Source: Clostridiales bacterium (GTDB lineage: Bacteria > Bacillota > Clostridia > Saccharofermentanales > Saccharofermentanaceae). From it: 64,000 nt of DNA. The DNA is taken from the NCBI GenBank assembly GCA_017513085.1, contig JAFWDK010000023.1, positions 1 to 64,000 on the forward strand. Direction: 5' to 3'. A program made the translations under genes and the position numbers. Position 1 is the stretch's first letter. Every line of letters begins with the position of its first letter. Below the pieces are notes generated by a model. That model was not told the origin of the DNA. It saw only the letters and a list, made by a program, of their open reading frames with translations, and searched no databases. Below, piece after piece: positions 37,201 to 45,753 of the stretch.

Positions 37201-37244
37201 TCACTTCTTCTGACGGATCCCTGAAGATCTATAAGGTTCAGTAA
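34185..37244 (+). CDS. DUF2298 / YYY-motif polytopic membrane protein (possible GT-C glycosyltransferase)
   Basis: AAGGAGG RBS before ATG 34185; EKFMNFGF, INYYYYG, IHEFP.YS..GDLHAH, N.WD, NTMFKF, YTGLPT.AGW..HE..W. Confidence 0.85.
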   Translation: MKKNSRTSKSSNASKSGKRSGKASFSNQTAYEPDLDVLGKMPTISATDMLLRFLTLLVPALVALLAGLILKNDLSSFFTWWAAFYLYSWATFPLVAYFFRGFVSTGYGLSKSLGILLTTGPVWLISYLGIWQSFNRPMTFVMFAILVAVCWGIPKTRRAALISICDNKNIRHILLEEIIFTIVFVFLLFCKGIEPKINGEEKFMNFGFMNSMVRYDGLPAKDQWLSGYSINYYYYGQYIFSYLTKMLGTTTGVAYNISMCAAIALPFSSAFTLGQMFIDGLMQKRDCPVSKWYLPFAGLLSSACVIFFGNSHSFFYDEQSFGNKILSWGLWQKLGIHIGKTTEFFYPDSTRFIGHNPDLIQEGLSTVGDKTIHEFPFYSYLIGDLHAHVVSMTIVLLITAFIFVAVFRAKYDNDRDQKIVRFRGFKKNIVGEMGHLFRPEFFFAAYLLGLAQMCNYWDFLIYFIFCSMGLLVYNARRSTYLCSFTSFLVFIFEVGGILGVYLKFNSNVFVHLCLQIAIFVIAYLLTTVFPTAISRTGLAMSMLFSIASLISLSFNLKFEMISNFIALTDRHTSLFQFTILWLIHFLIPLALIVLVVSTKRHKYKKNLLPILPAPLPLVKPAMDFKKEKNSDTTSSEDEDSHIEKSDSDDRSADPDLDFDPDTVVNKAHIHRAQDASSDPDVNGGTSDEDADPSFLARIALLFRTLDYYFAKFGDFLLCKFFRLRSIVDIFMVGMSFVGMMMILAPEIIYVRDIYGDEYQRSNTMFKFTFAGFIMLSLVIGYTVFRFMAHVTRKGNLSNWGLTVSIIMIVLIIFIPGHYTLRSLDQRSGEISSERYQGLDGTAYLTTYQSSYWFDDHRYDDDRDLKSYEGNLMAYKEAIDWFNSNVKGSKNICEAHGLSYSDKCIISSYTGLPTIAGWQTHEQLWHFQGMIDDEGNFVADPERDGWNNIVGPRYGDLQTIYSSADVDEVSRLLHLYDVTYVICGDMELSQMHIVNYSVFDQIGQVVFTSSDGSLKIYKVQ

Positions 37245-37261
37245 GCTGAACTCCGATAGAA

Positions 37262-37308
37262 CAAAAAAAGAACGAAGCTGTCTCAAATGAGACAGCTTCG
37301 TTTTCTTT
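37262..37308. terminator. Bidirectional terminator, GCTGTCTC/GAGACAGC family
   Basis: AACGAAGCTGTCTCA-AA-TGAGACAGCTTCGTT with flanking A- and T-tracts; 26-bp core identical to 14188-14213. Confidence 0.8.
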
Positions 37309-37331
37309 GTCCTTCGTTATATTCAACTGCA

Positions 37332-37511
37332 TCAGTTGCCGCTAATGTCGACCTGGGCTTCTACGACCGATTCACCACGTATAGGAAGGATCGGTTCATT
37401 AGAAGTGGCATTGTATTCATAAAACCAAAGGACGATACCTCCGATGATAAATGCCAGGATCAACAAGCTCGCAACGATCTCGCCGATCAACTCAGATATT
37501 CGGATACTCAT
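37332..37511 (-). CDS. Small single-TM hypothetical protein (59 aa)
   Basis: GAGGGG RBS before ATG 37511; hydrophobic IVASLLILAFIIGGIVLWFY; terminator downstream. Confidence 0.55.
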   Translation of the reverse strand: MSIRISELIGEIVASLLILAFIIGGIVLWFYEYNATSNEPILPIRGESVVEAQVDISGN

Positions 37512-37695
37512 TTTCACCCCTCAAAATATTAAAAGATATGACATCCTCCGATATCTGAGTTCAGAATATACTAAACTTATCGGAAAAACAACCTTTTTCG
37601 AAGGAATGTCAGCAATTCAAGCAGAAGTCACAAACTTATCGTGCTTTTTGCCTGAAATATCGTGGAAGGCTCCATATCCGCTCGTCATACGGAGA

Positions 37696-38427
37696 TTACT
37701 GAATGTAGCCGATCTCCTGAGCCAGCTTCTTCTCGATCACAACGGTCGCATCACGATGCATGCGCATGAATGTTGCCGGGCACATCGGATCGATACGGTC
37801 ACTCATAAGAAGCTTGCTTGCCGCTTCTTTCTTGTTTCCGTTGATGATCATGATCAAAGCCTTGGCGCGCATGATGTTACCCATACCCATCGTTACGGCA
37901 TAGCGCGGAACCTCGTCACGATTTGCAAAGAAACGTGCATTGGCATCGATCGTAGACTCATCCAGGACCTCCTTGTGTGCGCCATCGATCAGAACCGGAC
38001 CCGGCTCATTAAATGCCAGATGTCCATCCGGGCCAACACCCAGGACCTGAATCTCGATTTCTGTCTTATCCAAAAGAGCATTGAACTCCTTGAGGTTCTC
38101 GTCCACATCACCGATTCCCTTGGCAACGTAGGTATTCGCTTTATCAATGTTGATATGGTCGAATAGATTGCTGTCCATAAAATAACGGTAGCTCTGATTA
38201 TGAGTCGGCTCCAGACCTACATACTCATCAAGGTTGACGGTATGGATCTTGGAAAAGTCCAGACCTTCTTCTTTGCATCGACGGGAAAGTTCCTGATACA
38301 TGCCTACCGGGCTGGATCCTGTTGCCAGGCCGAGTGTGCACTCCGGCTTCTCACGTACGACTTTCTCAATGATGTCTGCCGCTTTCTTGCTGGCGTCCTG
38401 ATAATTTTCTGCAATAATTACTTTCAT
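37696..38427 (-). CDS. nagB: Glucosamine-6-phosphate deaminase
   Basis: LGLATGSSP, NLDEYVGL, QSY.YFM, LGVG.DGH.AFNEP, NARFF. Confidence 0.95.
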   Translation of the reverse strand: MKVIIAENYQDASKKAADIIEKVVREKPECTLGLATGSSPVGMYQELSRRCKEEGLDFSKIHTVNLDEYVGLEPTHNQSYRYFMDSNLFDHINIDKANTYVAKGIGDVDENLKEFNALLDKTEIEIQVLGVGPDGHLAFNEPGPVLIDGAHKEVLDESTIDANARFFANRDEVPRYAVTMGMGNIMRAKALIMIINGNKKEAASKLLMSDRIDPMCPATFMRMHRDATVVIEKKLAQEIGYIQ

Positions 38428-38470
38428 AGATGTGCCTCCTTTGGCCTGAATGATTCATCTTTCTGGTTCA

Positions 38471-39139
38471 TTATTTCTGCTTGATCACGATATTTCCCTG
38501 ATCCTTGTAGATGCTGTTCTCAGGGATCACACCACGGACACAGGATGTCGGATACACATTGCTGTTTCTTCCGATCACCGTACCCGGATTCAATACACTG
38601 TTACAGCCGACTTCTACAAAGTCACCCAGCATCGCGCCGACTTTCTTTCTTCCTGTCTCGATCATCTCGTCACCGTTCTTGATCACAACAGGCAGCTTGT
38701 CGCTCTTGACGTTACTGGTGATGGAACCGGCGCCCATATGGGACTTATAACCCAGGATAGAGTCGCCGACATAGTTATAATGCGGAACCTGCACACTATT
38801 GAACAGGATCACATTCTTCAATTCAGTAGAGTTTCCGACCACGCATCCTTCGCCGACAAGCGCGGAGCCTCTGACAAAAGCACACTGGCGGACTTCTGTT
38901 TTATGTCCGATGATGCACGGACCTCCGATATATGCAGTAGCAAAAACTTTGGCATCTTTCGCGATCCAGACATCATCCGACGGATGGTCGAACTCATCTT
39001 CCGGAAGTGTTTTACCGATCTCCAGGATCAGATCCGAGATACCGGCGAGCGCTTCCCAAGGATATGTGAACTTTCCGAGATATTTTGCTACCTGCGGATA
39101 AGTCTGTGTTAGATCGTAAAGGTCATTGATCGTATACAT
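38471..39139 (-). CDS. Hexapeptide-repeat acetyltransferase, GlmU C-terminal-like (probable glucosamine-1-phosphate N-acetyltransferase)
   Basis: GNSTELKN, VPHYNYVGDS, GAGSITSN, G..K.GA.LGD; TAATG coupling to glmM. Confidence 0.8.
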   Translation of the reverse strand: MYTINDLYDLTQTYPQVAKYLGKFTYPWEALAGISDLILEIGKTLPEDEFDHPSDDVWIAKDAKVFATAYIGGPCIIGHKTEVRQCAFVRGSALVGEGCVVGNSTELKNVILFNSVQVPHYNYVGDSILGYKSHMGAGSITSNVKSDKLPVVIKNGDEMIETGRKKVGAMLGDFVEVGCNSVLNPGTVIGRNSNVYPTSCVRGVIPENSIYKDQGNIVIKQK

Positions 39140-40515
39140 TATTTCTTCACCTCCACAAGATGGCCGCTCTTTTCCATCGCAGCGATGATCGCATCCACCT
39201 GCTTCTCGCATTCTTCATAAGAACCTGCCTCAGACATTACGCGGAGAACCGGTTCCGTACCGCTCTTTCTAAGAAGAACACGTCCATTATCGCCGAGTTC
39301 TGCCGTGCAGGCATCCACCTGGGCTTTAACCGTCGGATCTGCGAGAGTTCCGTCCTTATCGTCAACGACAACATTCTTAAGGACCTGCGGATACATCTTG
39401 CAGCCGGAAGCCAGAACGGAAAGCGGCAGATTCGTCGCAAGAAGCACTTCCATCAGCATGATTGCTGTGATCAGGCCGTCTCCTGTGTGGGCATACTTTC
39501 TGAAAATAACATGTCCGGACTGTTCGCCGCCGATCATGTGATCGTTTTCTTTCATGTTCTCATATACGTAACGGTCACCTACCGCGGTCTTCTCATAAGC
39601 GATACCTGCTTCATCCAGTGCTTTGTAAAGACCGAAGTTGGACATGACCGTAGTAACTACAGTGTTATTCGTAAGCTGGCCCTTCTCCTTGAGATACTTC
39701 GCGCAAATGTACATGATCTTGTCGCCATTTACGACGTTTCCAAGTTCATCTACTGCCAGGCAACGGTCCGCATCGCCGTCAAAAGCAAAGCCCAGATCCA
39801 GTTTGTTATCCACAACATACTTCTGAAGACCTTCGATGTGTGTGGAACCGCATCCGGTATTGATGTTCACTCCGTCCGGTGTGTTGTTGATCACGTAGGT
39901 CTTCGCGCCCAGGGCATCAAATACGGCACGGCCGATCATCCAGGAACTGCCGTTCGCGCAATCCAATCCGACCTTATGCTTAGCATAGGACTTTGTTGCC
40001 AGTCCGGTAAGATAACCGATATAGCGGTTTCTTCCGGAATAATAGTCGATCGTCTTACCGATCTTATCTTCAGATGCAAATGGAAGTTCTGCGATCTCGC
40101 CATCGATATACTTCTCGATCTGGTCCTGAAGATCGTCATCCATCTTCTCGCCTTCCACATTCATCAGCTTGATACCATTATCGTAATACGGGTTGTGGCT
40201 GGCTGAGATCATCACGCCGCAATCAAAATCCTCCGTGCGGGTAATGTAGCTGACGCAAGGTGTTGTTGTAACATGTAATAAATAAGCATCAGCGCCCGAA
40301 GACGTGATGCCTGCTGCTAACGCGTTCTCATACATGTAAGAAGAACGACGTGTATCTTTTCCAATCACGATTTTCGCGGAACAATCCGCGCCTTTTTCCT
40401 GATGTTGTTGCATGTAGTACCAACCGAGAAAACGACCGGTCTTAAATGCATGTTCCGCCGTCAAAACTACCCCTGCTTTTCCACGGAATCCATCTGTTCC
40501 AAAATATTTTCCCAT
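39139..40515 (-). CDS. glmM: Phosphoglucosamine mutase
   Basis: YFGTDGFRG, ISASHNP, AFDGDADR, GGEQSGH, R.SGTEP. Confidence 0.96.
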   Translation of the reverse strand: MGKYFGTDGFRGKAGVVLTAEHAFKTGRFLGWYYMQQHQEKGADCSAKIVIGKDTRRSSYMYENALAAGITSSGADAYLLHVTTTPCVSYITRTEDFDCGVMISASHNPYYDNGIKLMNVEGEKMDDDLQDQIEKYIDGEIAELPFASEDKIGKTIDYYSGRNRYIGYLTGLATKSYAKHKVGLDCANGSSWMIGRAVFDALGAKTYVINNTPDGVNINTGCGSTHIEGLQKYVVDNKLDLGFAFDGDADRCLAVDELGNVVNGDKIMYICAKYLKEKGQLTNNTVVTTVMSNFGLYKALDEAGIAYEKTAVGDRYVYENMKENDHMIGGEQSGHVIFRKYAHTGDGLITAIMLMEVLLATNLPLSVLASGCKMYPQVLKNVVVDDKDGTLADPTVKAQVDACTAELGDNGRVLLRKSGTEPVLRVMSEAGSYEECEKQVDAIIAAMEKSGHLVEVKK

Positions 40516-40633
40516 GCGAAAATCTCCTTATTTTCGAATATACGGTAAAATTTTACACTTACGAAGACGAAATTAAAATACTTTCTCGTTGAATTTTACA
40601 TTTCAATATCGATACATCTTTGAACTTCAAAAC

Positions 40634-40661
40634 AAAAAACGCCGCTACAAGCGGCATTTTT
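40634..40661 (-). terminator. Terminator after the 40688..41251 gene
   Basis: AAAAACGCCGCT-ACA-AGCGGCATTTTT. Confidence 0.6.
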
Positions 40662-40687
40662 GCGATACTGTTTCGGTTTCGGAAGAA

Positions 40688-41251
40688 TCATTTCTTTCCT
40701 TTGGCAACAGGCTTTTTCGCAACTTTGGCATTCTTGGCCGAAGCCGCTCCTGAAGCAACACCCAGGATCTTCTGTTTTCTGTGCTGGCTGGTACCGCAGT
40801 CCACACGCACGCCACGCATCAGATCACGTCCGTAAACCTTGACCTGTCTTCCGCAAGAGCATCTGCAAAACCACTGCAGATTCTTACCACTCTTGATTCC
40901 GGTCATAGCCTCTACGGTAAGTTCTCCAAATACCTGTCCGGTCAAATCATCCATGGCCGCCGTCTCTCTTCTTGACTGGCCCTGAAAATCTTCCTCTTTT
41001 AACGGTTTTCTTGTCGTATCACGATAAGGGCAATTCTCATCAAAACAGTTGCTCACTTCCGTGTGAAGCAAACGATGGGAAGTGATCCGGATCTCATTTC
41101 CGCAATCACACTTGCACTTCCACACAACTTTCCCGTTAAATCTCTCTGCCGTCTCCTCCAAAGCGACCAGATGCCCAAACCGTTCACCCGCAATGTTCTT
41201 AACTTTACGGCCACGGCCCTCATTTTTTTTGTCTCTGATAATTGTCGGCAT
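40688..41251 (-). CDS. Cys-rich protein with two phage-type G..FG.L...W.C.C.CG repeats and a Lys-rich tail
   Basis: GERFGHLVALE...WKCKCDCGN and GQVFGELTVE...WFCRCSCGR; AAGGA RBS. Confidence 0.7.
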   Translation of the reverse strand: MPTIIRDKKNEGRGRKVKNIAGERFGHLVALEETAERFNGKVVWKCKCDCGNEIRITSHRLLHTEVSNCFDENCPYRDTTRKPLKEEDFQGQSRRETAAMDDLTGQVFGELTVEAMTGIKSGKNLQWFCRCSCGRQVKVYGRDLMRGVRVDCGTSQHRKQKILGVASGAASAKNAKVAKKPVAKGKK

Positions 41252-41370
41252 TCTTTGTGTTTCCTTTCCAAAAAAACACCATAATCGGTGTTCAACATGA
41301 ATATTTTACCATGATATATCAGAATCTCAATATAAAATTCTCTGACTTTTTAAAGGACAGGAAGTCCACG

Positions 41371-41417
41371 AAAAAGCTGTCTCCTTCCGATGAAAAACAC
41401 CTTCTGGAGACAGCCTT
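41371..41417 (-). terminator. Terminator-like inverted repeat after the ABC operon (GCTGTCTC family)
   Basis: GCTGTCTCC (41376-84) / GGAGACAGC (41406-14), AAAAA on the left, long loop. Confidence 0.55.
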
Positions 41418-41444
41418 GTTCATGTTCCGGAATATCCGAAACGA

Positions 41445-43400
41445 TCATTCTAATTCAAAAGCACCTGTGTACAGTTGATAATATTTTCCTTTTTCGGCGA
41501 TCAGGGATTCGTGGTCACCACGCTCAATGATGTGTCCGTTTTCGAGTACCATGATCGCTTTACTGTTCTGTACGGTAGACAGACGGTGTGCAATAACGAA
41601 TACCGTTCTGTTTTCCATGAGCGCATCCATACCTCGCTGAACGATAGCCTCGGTACGGGTATCGATGGAACTCGTCGCCTCGTCCAGGATCATGACCGGC
41701 GGATCGGCAACCGCTGCTCTGGCAATCGCGATCAACTGACGCTGACCCTGCGAAAGCTCTGCGCCGTTGGCGGTCAGGACCGTATCGTAGCCTTGCGGAA
41801 GCTTGCTGATAAAGTCATGGGCATTCGCCAGCTTGGCCGCCTCGATGCACTCCTCGTCCGTTGCTTTCAGGTTACCATAGCGGATGTTATCCATGACCGA
41901 ACCTGTGAAAAGATTCGTCTCCTGAAGCACGATACCCAATGAGTGTCGAAGATCCGCTTTCTTGATCTTGTTGATGTTGATATCATCGTATCGGATCTTA
42001 CCATCCGCAATATCGTAGAAACGGTTGATCAGGTTCGTGATCGTCGTCTTGCCGGCACCTGTCGCGCCAACAAAAGCGATCTTCTGTCCTGGTTTGGCAA
42101 AGAGCGATACATCATAGAGGACCTGCTTCTTGCCATCATAACTGAAGTCCACATCGAACAACCGGACATCGCCGCTTACCTCTTTATAGGTCAGAGTGCC
42201 ATCTCCATGAGGATGCTTCCAGGCCCAGACATAGTCTTTACTGTGCTTATGGGCGAGTGCCTCCTCCTCGGAAACTTCGGTCAGTTCTTCACCATTCTTC
42301 TTGCAGTGTACCAGCGTAACATATCCTTCATCCGTCTCGGACTTTTCATCCATCAGTTTGAAGATACGACCGGCTCCGGCCATCGCCATGATGATTGCAT
42401 TCATCTGCTGGGAAACCTGGGATACCGGCATAACAAATGCTTTGGTAAGTTGCAGGAAGGAAGCGATAACACCGACTGTAATGGCCTTTACCCCACACTG
42501 AATAGCCAGGAATCCACCTACGAAAGCCACGAGTACATAAAGGACATTTCCGATATTACCCATGATCGGCATCAGGATGTTGGCAAAGATGTTAGCCTTT
42601 GTCGCATTCTCGCAAAGTTCTCCGTTCTTCTTGTCAAAAGCATCTTTCGCGCGATCTTCGTATGTGAAAACTTTTACGACCTTCTGTCCGTTGACCATCT
42701 CTTCGATGTAACCGTTTACATCGCCAAGCGATGCCTGCTGCTTCACAAAATACGTTGCACTCTTTCCACCGATCTTGCCCATAAAGAAGATCATGGCAAA
42801 TGTGCCAAGCAAAACCATGATCGTCAGCTGCCAGCAGGTCACGATCATACCGACCAGCGTGGCAATGATCGTAATGGCGGAAGAAACCATGGACGGGAAA
42901 CTCTGGGAGATCATCTGCCGCAAGGTGTCTACGTCGTTGGTATAGTGGCTCATGACATCTCCGTGCGAGTGTGTATCGAAATAGGAGATCGGAAGAGTCT
43001 GCATATGCTTGAACATGTCGTCACGCACATTCTGCAATACATTCTGCGAGATCACCAGCATGATCTGACCCTGGAAAAGGTTGGCGATCACGCCGAAGCC
43101 GAACAATACGGCGACGATCCGGATCCATGTCAGAAGACTGGAGAAATCCACCGCGTCTCTTCCCGAGATCGTTGCCCGTGTCAGAAGCGGATCGATATAG
43201 TCATCGATCAGGTTCTTGATGAACATATTTCCCAGAACAGAAGTTACTGAAGCGACAATAATACATATAAATACGATACCCAGAAGGATCTTGTATTTTC
43301 CTGTCAGATACGAAAGCAGTCTCTTGACCAGTTTCATGGAGATCGGGTTTTTCTTTAAGTCCTCCCGATTCATAGGACGTGCTCCTCTCGGCGGCGGCAT
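41445..43400 (-). CDS. ABC exporter, fused permease/ATPase (heterodimer, consensus subunit)
   Basis: TM domain; GATGAGKT, LSQGQRQ, ILDEATS, IAHRL. Confidence 0.93.
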   Translation of the reverse strand: MPPPRGARPMNREDLKKNPISMKLVKRLLSYLTGKYKILLGIVFICIIVASVTSVLGNMFIKNLIDDYIDPLLTRATISGRDAVDFSSLLTWIRIVAVLFGFGVIANLFQGQIMLVISQNVLQNVRDDMFKHMQTLPISYFDTHSHGDVMSHYTNDVDTLRQMISQSFPSMVSSAITIIATLVGMIVTCWQLTIMVLLGTFAMIFFMGKIGGKSATYFVKQQASLGDVNGYIEEMVNGQKVVKVFTYEDRAKDAFDKKNGELCENATKANIFANILMPIMGNIGNVLYVLVAFVGGFLAIQCGVKAITVGVIASFLQLTKAFVMPVSQVSQQMNAIIMAMAGAGRIFKLMDEKSETDEGYVTLVHCKKNGEELTEVSEEEALAHKHSKDYVWAWKHPHGDGTLTYKEVSGDVRLFDVDFSYDGKKQVLYDVSLFAKPGQKIAFVGATGAGKTTITNLINRFYDIADGKIRYDDININKIKKADLRHSLGIVLQETNLFTGSVMDNIRYGNLKATDEECIEAAKLANAHDFISKLPQGYDTVLTANGAELSQGQRQLIAIARAAVADPPVMILDEATSSIDTRTEAIVQRGMDALMENRTVFVIAHRLSTVQNSKAIMVLENGHIIERGDHESLIAEKGKYYQLYTGAFELE

Positions 43401-45127
43401 TACTGATCGCCTCCTTTCTTCTGGGATTCATACACTTCTTTATAGATCTCATTATTCGCCAGCAGCTCCTCATGAGTACCCACCGCATTAATCTTACCGT
43501 TATCGATAACGATGATCTTGTCGGCATGTTCCACAGAGGAAATACGCTGTGCAATGATCAGCTTGGTCGTACCCGGGATATACTCGGCAAACCCTTTCTG
43601 GATCTGTGCGTCGGTAGCTGTATCGACTGCGCTCGTAGAGTCATCGAGGATCAGGATCTTCGGATTCTTAAGAAGCGCTCTGGCAATACAGAGTCTCTGC
43701 TTCTGTCCACCGGAAACATTGGTACCGCCCTGCTCGATATAGGTATCATATCCATCCGGAAAAGCACTGATAAACGAGTCTGCCTGTGCGATCTTGCATG
43801 CGTGGATCATCTCTTCATCTGTCGCATTCGGATTACCCCAACGGAGATTTTCCTTGATCGTTCCGGAAAATAATACGTTCTTCTGCAGCACCATCGCCAC
43901 ATTATCACGGATGACATTCAAGTCGTACTCCCGTACATCCACACCGCCGACCTTGACAGATCCGTCGGTAACATCGTAAAGACGCGGGATCAACTGTACG
44001 AAAGATGATTTTCCGCTTCCTGTACCACCGATGATACCTACGGTCTCACCGGACTTGATATGCAGATCGATATCTGACAGGCAGCTCTTCTCTTTTTTCT
44101 TGGAATAGCTGAAGAATACGTCATTAAAATCAATGGAACCATCCTTGACTTCCATGACCGGATTCTCCGGATTCGTGATATCCGGCTGCTCGTTCAGGAT
44201 CTCCGAGATACGTTCGGCCGAAGCACGTGAAATAACGATCATAACAATGATCATGGAAACCATCATAAGACTCATCAGGATCTGCATGGTATAGGAGAAC
44301 ATACTGCTGAGCTCACCTGTCGTCATATCTTTATTCACGACCAGTCTTGCGCCGACCCAGGAGATCAGAAGCATCGCGGAATAGATGCTGGCCATCATAA
44401 GCGGTCCGTTGAAATTCAGGGCTCGTTCAGCTTTGACCGAATCATCGCGGATGCTTTTGGAAACGGAAGTAAACTTCTCGATCTCATGATCCTCTCTTAC
44501 GAAAGACTTGACCACGCGGATGCCACGGACATTCTCCTGCACAACATTGTTCATCAGGTCAAACTTCTTAAACATACGGACAAAAATCGGATGCGCATAG
44601 CGGAAGATCAGGACCAGACCGATCATCAGGACCGGAGCGATGCCAAGAAGGATCAACGCCACTTTCGCATTGATATAAAAGCTCGCGCACATGGCAAAGA
44701 TCAGCATGATCGGTGCACGGACAGCAATACGGATCACCATCTGGTAAGCATTCTGAACGTTCGTGACATCTGTCGTCAGTCTCGTGATAATGCTTGATGT
44801 CTTGAACTTATCGATATTGGAAAACGAGAAGTTCTGAAGATTATGGAACATATCATGTCGTAAATTCTTCGCAAAACCGGCGCTGGCTTTGGCCGCTTCT
44901 TTTCCGGAAAGCGCGCCGAACGCCATGGATGCAAACATACAAACGAGAAGCAGAACGCCCATCTTCCAGACGTACCCCATATCACTCTTCTCGATACCAT
45001 TGTCGATCAGTTTCGACATTAGAAGCGGCATAAGAACTTCCATTACCACTTCGCAGGAAACGAGGATCGGCGCAAGAAGCGAGGATCTCTTGTATTCCCT
45101 TACGGATTTTAACAGTCGTTTTATCAT
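43400..45127 (-). CDS. ABC exporter, fused permease/ATPase (heterodimer, degenerate-site subunit)
   Basis: GGTGSGKS, VSGGQKQR, Walker B LDD (Glu to Asp), switch IAQR (His to Gln). Confidence 0.93.
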   Translation of the reverse strand: MIKRLLKSVREYKRSSLLAPILVSCEVVMEVLMPLLMSKLIDNGIEKSDMGYVWKMGVLLLVCMFASMAFGALSGKEAAKASAGFAKNLRHDMFHNLQNFSFSNIDKFKTSSIITRLTTDVTNVQNAYQMVIRIAVRAPIMLIFAMCASFYINAKVALILLGIAPVLMIGLVLIFRYAHPIFVRMFKKFDLMNNVVQENVRGIRVVKSFVREDHEIEKFTSVSKSIRDDSVKAERALNFNGPLMMASIYSAMLLISWVGARLVVNKDMTTGELSSMFSYTMQILMSLMMVSMIIVMIVISRASAERISEILNEQPDITNPENPVMEVKDGSIDFNDVFFSYSKKKEKSCLSDIDLHIKSGETVGIIGGTGSGKSSFVQLIPRLYDVTDGSVKVGGVDVREYDLNVIRDNVAMVLQKNVLFSGTIKENLRWGNPNATDEEMIHACKIAQADSFISAFPDGYDTYIEQGGTNVSGGQKQRLCIARALLKNPKILILDDSTSAVDTATDAQIQKGFAEYIPGTTKLIIAQRISSVEHADKIIVIDNGKINAVGTHEELLANNEIYKEVYESQKKGGDQ

Positions 45128-45624
45128 TCTTCTAAATTCCTTATCATTCTTTGTGTCAGTTCAATGTAAGTCTGTATTTCTTCTTCACTAAGTCCCCGGA
45201 CCAGTTTTTTCTCCACACCTGCGATGGTCGAATCGACCTTTTTCTTCGCCTGTCGTGCCTGCTCGGTCACGATGATCCTCTTCATCCGGGCATCTTTCTC
45301 TTCGCACTCACGGCGGATCGCGCCACGCTGCTCCAAAAGTTTCAAGATTCCGGTCGCTGTGCTGCGCTGGATATGAAACTCCTGCTCGATGTCCTTCTGA
45401 TAGACGGCATTTCCGAGTTCAAACTGGTAATTCAAATACCCCATAACGTGTGCCTGGACTGCAGTCAGCCTTCCCTCTGCGCAAGAAGCAAATTCCTGAT
45501 CCAATGCTTCATCAATGGTCAGACGGATCGACTTGGATAAATGGCGCACATAAGGTCCCATCCGGATCTCTTTTCCGAGGCCGTTAGGTAAAGACCTATT
45601 CTCAATCGGCATATTGTCTGATAC
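45124..45624 (-). CDS. MarR family transcriptional regulator
   Basis: QKDIE..F.I.RST.T.IL..LE..G.I.R....D.R; start uncertain (GTG 45624 after AGAGGGG, or ATG 45612). Confidence 0.88.
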   Translation of the reverse strand, partial: VSDNMPIENRSLPNGLGKEIRMGPYVRHLSKSIRLTIDEALDQEFASCAEGRLTAVQAHVMGYLNYQFELGNAVYQKDIEQEFHIQRSTATGILKLLEQRGAIRRECEEKDARMKRIIVTEQARQAKKKVDSTIAGVEKKLVRGLSEEEIQTYIELTQRMIRNLEE

Positions 45625-45664
45625 ACTCCCCCTCTTTTCCAAAATGGATCGTGCCTTCAAAATT

Positions 45665-45728
45665 GTTAGGATGCTAACTTATTTTGTTAGGACGCTAACA
45701 TAATATCTCTTTTGCCGATTCAAGTCAA
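45665..45728 (-). promoter_or_regulatory. Sigma-A promoter with two palindromic operators (probable MarR autoregulation)
   Basis: TTGACT-17-TATTAT on the minus strand; GTTAGGATGCTAAC (45665-78) and GTTAGGACGCTAAC (45686-99). Confidence 0.7.
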
Positions 45729-45753
45729 CATGAAAAACTACTGATCCTGACTG

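Noticed and set aside
40688-41251. Prophage or homing endonuclease
   Set aside because: No nuclease motif, integrase or other phage genes nearby
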